Shown here: piece after piece, positions 51,835 to 63,247 of the stretch
How positions within the stretch are numbered: position 1 is the first letter of the stretch
Layout: each line of letters starts with the position of its first letter
The notes under the pieces: model-generated
What the model saw: only the letters and a program-made list of their open reading frames with translations
The model's database searches: none
Told to the model about the DNA's origin: nothing
Made by a program: the position numbers and the translations under genes
DNA from: Vermamoeba vermiformis
Lineage: Eukaryota
Assembly: GCA_045837725.1 (NCBI GenBank)
Contig: JBEWZL010000137.1
Location: forward strand, 124,001-187,247
DNA length: 63,247 nucleotides
Direction: 5' to 3'

Positions 51835-52343
51835 TGTAACGATATTAAATATAATAAATATCAAGCTTGCAGAAAAAATATCGAAGCATTGGTGACTCAT
51901 CACTCAGCCACGTAGGCAGAAAATATTTATAAATTGCGAGTATTATTCTTATGTACCTGCTGAGTCATTCAAAGCAATCTCCCTTCGCTGGCATCCCGAC
52001 TAAGCCATAGTTCGTCACATCTGCTCGAAAATGAAATTAATTTATTTCCATCAATGTTTAACAATAGTTGTAATTGAGGGATATTCAGTGCTTATATTTA
52101 ATTTTTTACTTATATTTTAAGATTAATACTCGATTATCAATGATACAGCTTTTGGGAACAAAGTCCTTTCGTAATTTAAAACTTGTTAGCAAATACGCTA
52201 CTACTGTTTCAATTATCATTTGCAGTGTTAGATAAGTAGTAAATTTTCAATACCTTATATGATATTTAGTGGCTGTTGCGAGTCTGGGGTGGATAAAATA
52301 AGAAAGATTTTTCGAGGCTATTTATTTCAAGCTAACGAAGAAA

Positions 52344-53741
52344 ATGGCAGAAGACTCATTGTCTCCATGTGTGCCTGAGAGAATTGTACGATAGATTTTA
52401 TATTTAGTGACGTTATAATGATTCATTAAGACCTGAAACTCAAAACAAATCCAGATGTGTCGTTAAAATTGCAAGAAATAATATCTAATAATTTTTAATA
52501 TCTAGATTATATGCTTGGATCTCAATGAAGAGTCTAACGGCCATGATTTCTCCAAGTAAGCGAATTTTCAATTTTCCAATTTTACTTTTTAAAATTACCG
52601 TCCAATTCCTATTGATATTGTATTTTTTATTATGAAATATTATTTAATTAGATTTCTATTGCAGAACAAAGAAAGGAGCTACGCGTTTTGACGCAATAAA
52701 GAATTGTTTGCGGATTTGGGTTATTACGAAAAGCAAAGTCAACAATAGGCACGAATTTGCTATATGTATATTAGGAGATGTTTGTATATGGGTAAGTCAA
52801 ATTATTGAAATCCGCCAAAAGTAAATCCAGTTTTTCAACTTCCGAATCTGCAACTCTAGTAGAATCTGTTCTGTACAAATATTTTAATATATATGTACCT
52901 TAATTAATATTAATTTTTCCTATTGTTTTAGTACCAAGACTTCACGGCTAATGCAGATCAAATCGTGAATATCATTAACAAGCTTGAGTGCCAAGGAAAG
53001 AGCGATAAATTCGACATGTCCACTATATTTTCAACTATGTAAGTATAGGATACGCATTAATTTTCTAAATATGACGTTACAATCGAAATTGAATTTCTGA
53101 ATGTACATCCAAAACAATTTGAATTTAATCGCTTAGATTGGAAATTGATATTAATAATAATAATTTATTTAGTAACGAGAAGGCACCTGATATATTGCAC
53201 CCTCGCTCTTCACAACCACCGTTTATTTATCGCGCTCTACTCGTGTACTGCAGATCCAACGTTATTCCTCAATTTTTGAGCGGAAAAGAGGTAATAAGCA
53301 CTTAAATATTACGTCGATCCATAAAATGATCTAAATTCGATATTTTATGCGAGTGTAGTCTAGTGTAACGGTCTATCGACAATTTAGTTAATTATTTTAT
53401 TTAGTTGGCGCAACAAATGCTCGATACTCGTGCATTTTTCTTCGATGGAATGTACCTGCACTCAAAGCCGAGCAAGGATAATAAGCCACAAGAAGTATAT
53501 GACGCAATAACTGAATTGGAGTCGGATGCGGCTTCAAAAACAGCTTACTTCTTTGAAAACTCGACGAATATTAAACGGTAAGCTCCACAATCAAGAATGT
53601 ATATAAATTCTAATATTTAATTGTTATAGGTTCCACCTCAACATGGCACAAATGATAGCGCATCCGCTACAACGCCCAGATCAAGGTGAATTCAAGCCAT
53701 TAGTGGTCGGCAAGGACGACAAAAAGAATAACAAGAGTTAA
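52344..53741 (+). CDS. BABAM1: BRISC/BRCA1-A complex member 1 (MERIT40/NBA1)
   Basis: Hand-spliced short exons (missed by the ORF track) give CVPERIIICLDLNEE, HEFAIC, WYQDFT, RALLVYCRS, FFFDGMYLH and AQMIAHPLQRPDQ, matching MERIT40 motifs. Confidence 0.85.
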
Positions 53742-53832
53742 TAATGCCATATAATTACTTTGGATTAATTGTAGAATAGAACTTAAAACTAATTTGAAGT
53801 AAATCCGCTTCTCTGGGCTATTATTTTTAATA

Positions 53833-55520
53833 CTAATAGTACAATTTTGCATATGGAACTGACGTAAAGTCGCCGTATTGCGAGTAATAGCCGTTCCAAG
53901 CCTGTTCAATTCCCAAACTGGTCCACCAATTACCAAAGTACGAGAACACTTCTACGCCATTAGTGACTGCCATATTGCTCGTAGAAAATAAATAGGGCTC
54001 TTTTTGATATACGTAGGTCATATCGCTTAAATTCCAGGTGAAAGTCTTGGTGAATGCGAACATGCCATTCAGATCGATAACTTTGACAGCAGAATCCTAA
54101 TACAAAAAAAGGTCAATATTAACTAGTTTAATTAATATTAGTGCATTATTTATATATATTCATGTTTCTATCCGACTTACCAAATATGGTGAGGATAAAA
54201 TTGGCCGTGTCAAGTCTCGCGTGTCAAAAATGTCAATTTTGTCGCTGGCAACGATCAACTTGTGACCACTCACATTGAACTTGACAGTATTATGGAGTTT
54301 CGAATCAAACGTGCAGTTGGCTACGTAATGTTGCTCAACTCTCGGATCCAGAATGTCAATCGTTGTCTTGGTCTCTTCATAACATAGTCCGTCTCGTAAT
54401 GTGCACGATTTGAATTCATTATTGGGACTGTACGAGTTTGATAGCTTGTAGCCAGAAACGATGTCGAAAAATCCATCTTCAAGTTGGAAAAAAAGTATAA
54501 GAGACAATAAATTTCTTAATTTGGAAAAAATGAAGAATTTTTCGTTTTGTTACCTTGGCACGCAATACGACTTTCATCGACGGCAAATGCTAGCATTTGG
54601 TAATTTTTTGCTGGAAGGCGAAAAGAAGAAGGTAGCTTGTCTGATCCGGCCTGAAAATAGAGCATTGATAAATGAGTAATGTTACAGAAAAAATATATAT
54701 ATATTCAGTGGATAAATTATCCTTACTAATGGTATTAACTGGCACTCTTGATCACTTCGTAAATAAATCAAGTCGTTGAATATTCTAGCGTTCACATAGC
54801 CATTACTATGGGCTATAGTCTTTGCCTGAGTCTCGCGGTTGATTACACTATAGCCTCTATCATAGGTGTATATAAAGTACTGCTTATAGGCTTCGCAAGA
54901 CGAAATTTTTTGAGCTATAGATTGCACATGACCGCTATTAAATTTTCGTTTTCTATCATCAATGATTAATTTAGTATTCGTATACCTTTTTATAGCTAAT
55001 ATACTTACTGCAGCTGTTTACGGAAAGATTTTCCGCTTAGATCCGGATTGGTAACGAATGGCATTTCGTTTTCGTATTTTAGTCGCCAAATAGCTGCCTT
55101 GTTTCTGGTATACATTCTATTCATATTCTTGTTTAGAATAGCAAACATTTCGGCAATGCGTGCGTTGTATGACTAATTATAATGGCTATCAACTCGTCCG
55201 GCAAATTTTCAATCGAGAAAATTGGAATTACTTGCGACAGCCCTTTAAACCGTTATAATATCGTCTTTCAATTATACGAATTATTCTTACTGTTCCATTT
55301 GTTCCTAAATGGTGCCCAGAGTGAGTCTGAGATAACAATTAATTCTGAGAAAAATTAAACTATTTTTGTACTGCTTACGATCGGCGTATTCAAGTAGAAA
55401 TGAAGCCAATTCCTCCGATAATGGATATGACAGTATATTCTCTTGCTCTATTAATTGGTAGAAGCAACTTGGAGCTAAGTTGGGTAATTCACGCAACGCG
55501 ATCCGAGGAAACTTCACCAT
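53833..55520 (-). CDS. Divergent F-box-like protein with beta-rich C-terminus; 5' exon structure uncertain
   Basis: LSEELASFLLEY..AEMFAILNK..AIWRLKY, followed by exons matching ORFs 54682-54927, 54160-54507 and 53833-54063. Confidence 0.5.
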
Positions 55521-55629
55521 CAATGGCAACAATAGCTGTCTTACAACGTTTCGAATGCACATCTGGTTCGCGGATGGCAATTTAAGCAATTTAGAGCAAC
55601 ATTGAAGCACTACTTGAGCTTAGATCAGT

Positions 55630-57137
55630 GCGGTAAGTGGCCGGCCCCGGGAGAGGAGACGGTGTGTGCGGACGGCGGTCGGTGCGGGGGGGAGGGTGGG
55701 TGCGGGCGTCGGGGTGTTGAGGTGCAGGGTGCGGGCGTCGGTGATGGAGGGTGGGAGTGGGGCTAGATGGAGGGGGGGCGGAGGGAGAGCTGGAAGGGTG
55801 GGTTACTGAGCAGCAGAGACGGAGGGACTAGAACTGAAAAGTATGGTTCGCGGTAGGCTCCCAGCTGTATGCTCAACTTGAGAAGGACAGTGAGAACGAG
55901 AAGGATCATAAGATAATTGTCGAATGAGGGAGTCGTGACTGGAACGTGAATGATCGAAGGAGTTTAAAGAAGGATAAAGAGAATGAAAGGGGACGGCAGA
56001 AGAAGGGATAAAGTGATGGTGGAGGTGTTAAGAGTATGGAGAATAATATAGATAATTTGGTCATCCAATTCGCGCTATTGCATTCGAATGGCACGATAGA
56101 GTGAAGGGTTGAAGATTGATAGTTGCGCGAGCGAATGAAGGATTAGGATTAGTTCGGTAAGATTATGGGCTTATGATTAGGTAGAGTGTAAAAGGGATTA
56201 ATACAGCACCACTGCAAAAAAGGAAAGTTATTCTAGCAGATATTGGATTAGGATATTTACTAGTATACAGGAGAGAAATCCATGCATTTATTTTGAAAGG
56301 TCCGGGAGGGTGGAATCAAGCATTTTGTTATTTAAGGATAAATTCACGTGTGGACGTGAGCAGGAATGTAGAGGGAGATGAGGAAGTTTTATAGATTAAG
56401 GTTGGACGCAGAAGAAGGTTGGAATTGGTTATCAGTCCTGAGACGAATTATAGACGGTTAAAATGAGAGGGATGGTGAAGGATGGGGTGGCAGAGAGAAG
56501 AGTTGATTCTCGTACCGGAAGAAGGTTGCGGCGGAGCGAGTGGGAGCTAGAGAGAGAAGATGGAGATTGAGGATGTGCGTGGGACGGCGAGGATCGAGAA
56601 GGAGTGGAGGATAGAGTAGGTGCCGTGCAATATAATATGGAATAATAATATTATGTATTGGCCAACGCGGAAAAGAGGGATGTTTAAGGGGAGAAGAGTA
56701 GATGGGAGAATTATGGGTGATTGGGAAAACCTAACGAGATGTTGAAAAGTGTTGACGGAAGGATAATGGTTCCTAGCATGGGAAAGCAGAGAAGTGACCG
56801 GCAACCCGAGTAGGAGAGGGGAGAGAGAAAATAGGAGGAAAGGGGATGTCGTTGGAGGGTTGGGACTGAATTATTGATGAAGGGAGAGAGGCTGAGTCGG
56901 GGAATGGGGATTTGTGATGAAAGAATGATAGAAAGAGTTGGGGGAAGGAGGGAAGTTTAGGGAGTTAATTAGGGAGAGGAGGGAGGGATGAGGGAGGGGG
57001 GGGGGGAGGGGGGGTGGGAGAAGGAGAGGGACGGGTTTGGAGGTGTTTAAGGTGGCAGAGGGAGTGATTAAGGTAGGGATGAGGAGCGGGGGGAGGGGAG
57101 CGGAGGGGGGAGGGTGGAGGGGAGGAGGAGGAGGGGT
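55630..57137. other. Purine-rich, G-skewed low-complexity island
   Basis: Abrupt shift to G/A-rich, C-poor + strand sequence, with G-tracts at about 55640-55800 and 56930-57137. No credible ORF. Confidence 0.85.
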
Positions 57138-57156
57138 TTAGTAACTATATATTTAT

Positions 57157-58221
57157 TTATTTACAAGTACGGAACGTATTAACAGTCTCGCTCAATCGGC
57201 GATCCAACAAACACCAAATGAAGCCCGGCAGACCACTCAAGATAATAGGCAGTCTTCTATCCCTAAGATTGTCCATAAATGTCGGGTCGTATTTACTGTG
57301 CAAAAAGACCACCATCAGTATTTGTACGGCATTATTAATTAATTTGAAATTCGTCGAAAAATGTTACTTACTAATTCTGCTTGCTAATGACTGCTGAATA
57401 GCACGCTGCGAATTCCCTATTAAGGCAAGGCACGTGCTCTTGTTTATATTGATTGTAACCGAAGCAGAAAGTCTCAATCACGTACTTCGCTGCTTCGTCA
57501 AATGCCGTTACATCCGCTTCAGTAATCACATTGGACGTCGCGAATATTTTGAATGCCTTGACTGTGAATAGTGTATTGTATTTAGCGAGCCAACGCTTGG
57601 ATTTCAGACTATCTTCCATAACCGCATTTTTAAGTGGATGCAGATCTGCATTATGTTGTTTGAATAGCTTAAGCATGGCAATAGACGATTTGTGCTTATA
57701 CAATCCATTAATATGAAGAATAGGAGGTTCGTTGCCGGAATTAACAGCCGATATCAATGACGAGCCACAACACTTCAATACGTCCCTAATGTGAGGTTAC
57801 TACAAAGCAATAATTACTGATAATAATATTACTATAATAGGCTTTCATATATGACATACGAGGCAAGCGCTGTATCGTTAACAGAGCAGACATAGTGAAG
57901 AATATTGTTGCCCGTATTTGGTTCTCGCCAATCACGCAATCGCTCCGCTACAACAGGGCTGTACAAGCATATTTCAACGAATCTTCTGTCGTCTTTAGCG
58001 AACCACTGCAGTGCAAAGCAATCAATAGCCCGGTCTACAGCTAAAAAATATTTTTTAATTAAAATAATAATTTATTAATTTATTAGACGATTCGCTAGCT
58101 CCTTACCACTGTCTATAATGTTCTCGATACTCAGTGTTGGATATAAAAATCCTGATAAATACTTATCAACCCATTTTGATCTGATTGGATCATCTTCGCT
58201 CACGAATGCATTCGTACTCAT
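57157..58221 (-). CDS. Hypothetical protein with ankyrin-like motifs
   Basis: Four spliced exons including TGNNILHYVC, GNEPPILH and LFKQHNAD. Stop at 57157-57159. Confidence 0.6.
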
Positions 58222-58348
58222 TATACAAATTATGTCGAATAAATTGTATTTAAGAATGAGGAGTTAGATAATTTATTTGCCTTTCTTGTGTTTTTCTTGT
58301 TGATGGTTGAAAAAATAGTTACACGCACGTTGATTTGAGAGCACAAGC

Positions 58349-59758
58349 ATGGATTCTCTAAATATGCTTAGTGATGAAGTGTTATTGGAAATTTTAAGAA
58401 ATTTGAACGTAGTGGAGCTGGTTAGGATTGGATCTGTCAATAAACGACTGAAAATCATTTCAGAAGACAACAATTTGTGGTAAATAATTTTTATTATATT
58501 ATTTTAATTAATTTTATGGTTATGACAAGTGAACGGGCCTTAATATTTAAAAATATATTTTTCAAAATTAATTTTTTTTCATTGGATCAGGGAGCCGCAT
58601 CAACCAGATACTCGAAATAATTCCAAAATTAAAGAATACGATGATATGATACATGAAGAATTTAAATCAGCACCTTTAAAACATCGCGTTCGATTATGGA
58701 AACCTTGGATGCGTTACACGTACGTAGTACTGCTTTATAACCCCTATTAATGCTAAATATATTTATATTATATTTATAGGGAAAAACTATCAGATATTTA
58801 TGTCCAAGAGATTGGCCGTAATGCATTTCGTACTTTCAATTTCATGAATGCACCTTTCTACGGCTTATTTACTATTATACCTCACATATTAAGCGGGTTT
58901 ATAATATCTCCTCTTTGTAAGTAACGGTTATTATACATTTAAGCCAGATCTAACCCACCCTTGATCCGGATCTAATTTTATGAATTTTATTCTACAGACA
59001 AAGCGAAATTGTTAGCGCTATTAGATTCGCCACTCAGCAGTTCATTTCCGATACTCACACTATGGAATGTATTCAACGAACAAGGCGTCAGTGGCCTGTT
59101 CGATGGCTGGTACATGTACGGCATCTCAACACTGATCGCGCTAGTCATGCCTATTCATGGACTGCATGCGATGCGTTATGTGCGCGAAGTGATATTTTTG
59201 TTGATTTTGTCGTCTGTTGATCGCATTCAAGCGCGCGTACCTTTCTTTTCAATCTCGCTCTTGCATTATCTGTTAGCCACTGCTGTTTTCTGTACGTCCC
59301 TTAATATAATATTATATATACTATTTATACTAATATCTATTATTAGTAATACAAAGGCGGCTATATATGGCATTTTTTAGGCAGTTCAGATTGTACCTCG
59401 GCGACAGTATATTTTACGTGTCAGCAGTAAGTATATCATTTATTGATATAATACAAGATGATATTATATATATTAATGACGTATATATTAGGTGGTGTTT
59501 ATTTGGTTCGATGCGGTTGTTATCCGATGCGTTACAGCCACGCCGCAAGACACGCTGTTCAGCACACTTTACGCCAGTGTAGCAGCATTAGGCACACTCA
59601 AGTTATGGACCGCAGCTGTGTACTCGTATCCGATGCGCGTGTCCACGGGTGTGCGCATGAAATTGATCGAGTGGTGCGCTGTCTTGCAACACAAATTGCA
59701 GCGCCTTCAAGCACGAAGAGAATTTTTGAAGCAAGTAGGCCACGCTAAAACCAATTAA
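58349..59758 (+). CDS. F-box protein with multiple predicted transmembrane helices
   Basis: F-box LSDEVLLEILRNLNVVELVRIGSVNKRLKIISEDNNLW, followed by hydrophobic exons. Confidence 0.7.
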
Positions 59759-60757
59759 ACCTATCTGATCTCAAGCACCACCATAGTATAATCATCGCTA
59801 ATATGAAACAGTAACCGCTAAAAATTGTCGCTAAACAGCTAATTACATCCGGATCGTACACAAAGCCACAAACGGATGCAGCCAGCGCAAACATCGTTAC
59901 AAGTCCTAATAAGAGTTTAAGCATCCTATAGTGTGGTTGCACGTGTATGAATCATAATAAATGATCACTAGAAGCAAGATTAATTAGCTCTAAATAGGGA
60001 AAATTTGACCCGTGTGTTTGAGCTATCTCCAGCCAAGAATAATCATATCACAAAGGATAAAAATGCTTCATTAAGAATTTCTAAGCATAATTAAGCTCGT
60101 AAATGCAAAATTCAGCTCGTCAAAAACGTCGCTTTGAATCATAATTAACCCAACTTTAACCCATACCCATATTGATAATTTCTTTGTATAGTTAGGTAGA
60201 GGTGAGCCGAAGAGGCGCATGTGCAATGCCAAAAGACTCAGCAGCAAATCCTCGTCAAAACAGCTAGCCGTTTCAAACGAGAAAGACTTGCCTCCTCATG
60301 TGAAAAATTGGTTCATAATTCAAAAGAACAGATACTTTAATGTTTCGATGCAGCTCGTTAACTTGGCATCCTGTGCGCTTAACACATTTAGATGATCGCG
60401 TCACCAGCCAGCGGGGATATTACGCACGAACTAATGCCGATGCAACCCTACTAATATTGCACGAATTTTTACCTTAATATGGCTGGTCAGTGCGCTTCTG
60501 GTTGTGGGACTTGGTTTTTGCCCGCAATCTCCAAGCAGATGCTTGAAACTTTTCTTCGCACTCGCTAAGTCAACGAAAAATATTGAAGCATTGAATATAA
60601 CACGATCTTAAAGGACTAAGCAAATGATAAATAATATCCTAGCGTGATTTGTGTTTGTCATCTGGTGGGCTGACGAAAAATTTTTCATTTTCTGAATTGA
60701 GCTTTTTGAACCAAAAATCGACCTGTAATACATAAGACAATATTAACATAATCAACA

Positions 60758-62305
60758 ATGGCTTATTTAACAAGGTGAGTTAGTGTTGGCAAAGCGGGGA
60801 CAGAATTTCAAAGACGCAAAGTAAATCTGACAAAAATATTGTTGATTAGGAGTGAATATGATCGTGGTGTAAATACTTTCTCCCCCGAAGGTCGTTTATT
60901 TCAAGTAGAATATGCTATTGAAGCTATTAAGGTAAGCAGCCATTATTTTTAATGCAAACTAAATATTACTCAATTTCAAAATAATTAGCTACGGCCTTAT
61001 TTTAAATCAATAATATACTTGCACGATATTGTATGATTAAATAGACATTATAAAATATTTTAGAGCGTTTTTGGGCCCAGATTTACAATTTTTTTTTATT
61101 TTAGCTCGGATCGACTGCCGTCGCTATTCAAACCGCAGAAGGTGTTGTATTTGCCGTAGAAAAAAGAATTACATCTTCATTGCTCGAACCAAACTCAATT
61201 GAGAAGGTAAAGACAAATAATTACGTGATCAATGAAAAATTTTCAAATCTGCCTCATAATTACCAACACATTTGCTATGCTGTATATTAAAATCATAGCA
61301 CGTAAAATTAATTTAAATGCGTTTAACATTACATTTTGAAGCCTCTGAAGAAATTTTGATTTTTTGTTACGTACAAACAAATATTTAGATCGCATTAGCG
61401 CGCTTAGTATTTCCCTTTTATGGCTATAATATTAGATTATACGAGCAATTGTATCTAATTTCTCGTTCAGGTCGTCGAGCTCGATACACACATTGGTTGC
61501 GCCATGTCTGGTCTGACAGCCGATGCACGCACGTTGATTGACCACGCACGCGTCGAAGGACAGAACTATCGATTCACTTACGACGAGGCCATCTCCGTCG
61601 AGTCACTCACACACGCTGTTTGCGACTTGGCGTTGAGATTCGGTGAGGACCGTGATGATGACAACGCGATGGTAAGTGACAGTGGATCTCGTTGTGGTGC
61701 ATTTGCATTCATGAAAATTATCGTGCAATTAACTTGGCCCGACACCTATTGATATATATTAATGACGTATATTATACTGGTGCATATATACTGACGAGTC
61801 ATATGTGATTAGAGCCGACCTTTCGGTGTTGCTTTGTTGATCGGTGGTGTCGATGAAACTGGTCCTGTTTTGTAAGTATTAGCGTGATTATATGATACTA
61901 GTGTGTTATAATTAATATATGACTGTTAGGTTCCACACTGACCCTTCTGGTACTTATTTGCAATTCAACGCTAAGTCGATCGGATCTGGTGCCGAAAGTG
62001 CTCAAACACACCTCGAAAAACAATACCACAAAGTAAGTATAGATCCTACTCGTCGGCTTCTCGACGAAGACACCTTCCTTATAAGGAAATAACCATTACT
62101 AACTTACTTTTAGTCAATGACTTTGGCTGAGGCCGAGAAGTTGGCCATGAGTGTGCTGCGCGAAGTCGTCGAGGAAAAAGTCGATGCTACGAACGTCGAA
62201 GTAGCCGCGATCACTGTGCAAACAAAGAAATTCAGATTGTACACGCGCGAAGAGGTCGGTGCTATTATTTCTGCCTTGCCACCCAAGGAGGGCGAAGATC
62301 GTTAA
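60758..62305 (+). CDS. PSMA5: 20S proteasome subunit alpha type-5
   Basis: [66 protein letters not shown] and FHTDPSG. Confidence 0.97.
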
Positions 62306-62504
62306 TTTGACTTTGCAAAAGTGCAAGTGATCACTCGTGTAGCATTGATTTTATAAATACTCTCTTTCACTATTGCGAGCTCAATTTAATTCTTTGCGTT
62401 ACAACGAGAAAAACTCAGGAATTGGGACAAAGCAATCAAATTTTTTTGAGCTCAAGCAGAAATGGCCATTTTAGCGTTTTACCACCTCTACTCTTCATAG
62501 TTAA

Positions 62505-63247
62505 ATGGAAGTTTATATCGCGGTGAAGCATGCCTCGTTTGGAGATACCTGGCAAGTCGTAAGTTGTCAAGATGTGTTTTGACCGCTATATTTTGAGTGC
62601 AACAACGTGTCAGACAATTGTTAATAATTAGTATAATAATAATGGCGTTAATGTAACAGGATTTGAAAGGAAAATGGCGAGCAGAGGATTTATTGAAATT
62701 AACCAAACAATTCAAAGATTCAACGAGGTCTAATGACACGCTATTCATTTCCGAGACGGAAAAGCGATTATTCGAAGAATGGTTATTGGATCTTTTATCG
62801 ACTGAGGACGCAAATGTACGTCTGCTTTCAATCAGAACTACACAAATTTTTAGAAACGGATGGCAACACTTGAAAGCTATCTCTGATATGAAGCCCAGCG
62901 CAAGCTTAGATAAGTTTTTAATAGCCATGCCAACGGACGACGATGCAATTCCAAGCCCTGTGTTTGATGCAATCGCGAACAACTGGCACATCCGCTCACT
63001 CGAACTCACCTGTCATTCTGAAGATGATTGGAATGCATTAGCATACGTTTTACTGCACAATCCATCGATTACATCATGCAATATCTTGCCGTGTAAGAAG
63101 TGGCACGCCAAATCTCGATTTTTCGAAGCCCTCGCAAAAAATCAAACCCTCAAAAAGCTCCAAATTCAAGCTCGACCAATATCAGCCGCTGAAATTAATA
63201 ACATGAACCATATACTTGAAGTCAATACGACATTAGAGGAGTTAGAA
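62505..63247 (+). CDS. RNI-like leucine-rich repeat protein, 3' end outside window
   Basis: A short first exon, an intron, then a frame open to the window edge with AIANNWHIRSLEL, ALAKNQTLKKLQI and ILEVNTTLEEL. Confidence 0.7.

Noticed and set aside
55630-57137. Retrotransposon or DNA transposon remnant
   Set aside because: No RT, integrase or transposase motifs in the frames read, and no LTR, TIR or poly(A) tail.
56140-57140. Scattered TTAGG/TTAGGG-like words suggesting an interstitial telomere
   Set aside because: There is no tandem array, and such words are expected in G/A-rich sequence.
59745-60600. Possible small spliced gene on the minus strand
   Set aside because: Splice-like signals are present, but I could not build a stop-free model or recognise a domain.
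1-63247. Prokaryotic operons, CRISPR arrays, defence systems or an alternative genetic code
   Set aside because: Fragmented ORFs are explained by canonical GT-AG introns with standard stop codons, and no repeat-spacer array was seen.

Overview
Gene-dense, intron-rich eukaryotic genomic DNA, most likely from a free-living amoeboid protist. The organism call is an inference from short ~50-nt GT-AG introns with CTAAY/CTGAC branch points, a receptor tyrosine kinase, and many F-box/LRR genes. About 29 protein-coding genes were hand-spliced. They include a PPR protein, a kelch-ectodomain receptor kinase, two MFS transporters, CEPT-like and CDS lipid enzymes, a RhoGAP, a P450, phenylalanine hydroxylase, BABAM1/MERIT40, proteasome alpha-5 and five or six F-box proteins. 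No rRNA, tRNA, CRISPR array or intact mobile element was recognised. The standout is a compact three-gene metabolic cluster at 33.7-37.8 kb: a KMO-like flavin monooxygenase, an HpcH/HpaI aldolase and a bacterial-type Leu/Phe/Val dehydrogenase. All three proteins end in a peroxisomal PTS1 signal (AKL, SKL, AKL), and the next gene encodes the peroxisomal membrane protein TMEM135. This is a candidate undescribed peroxisomal amino-acid pathway cluster. Also noted are an intronless ORF resembling giant-virus/bacterial proteins, a 1.5-kb G/A-skewed island, and recurrent intronic RGATCY and TGACACGTGTCA palindromes. Exon boundaries are manual, and family calls come from motif recognition, not database searches.
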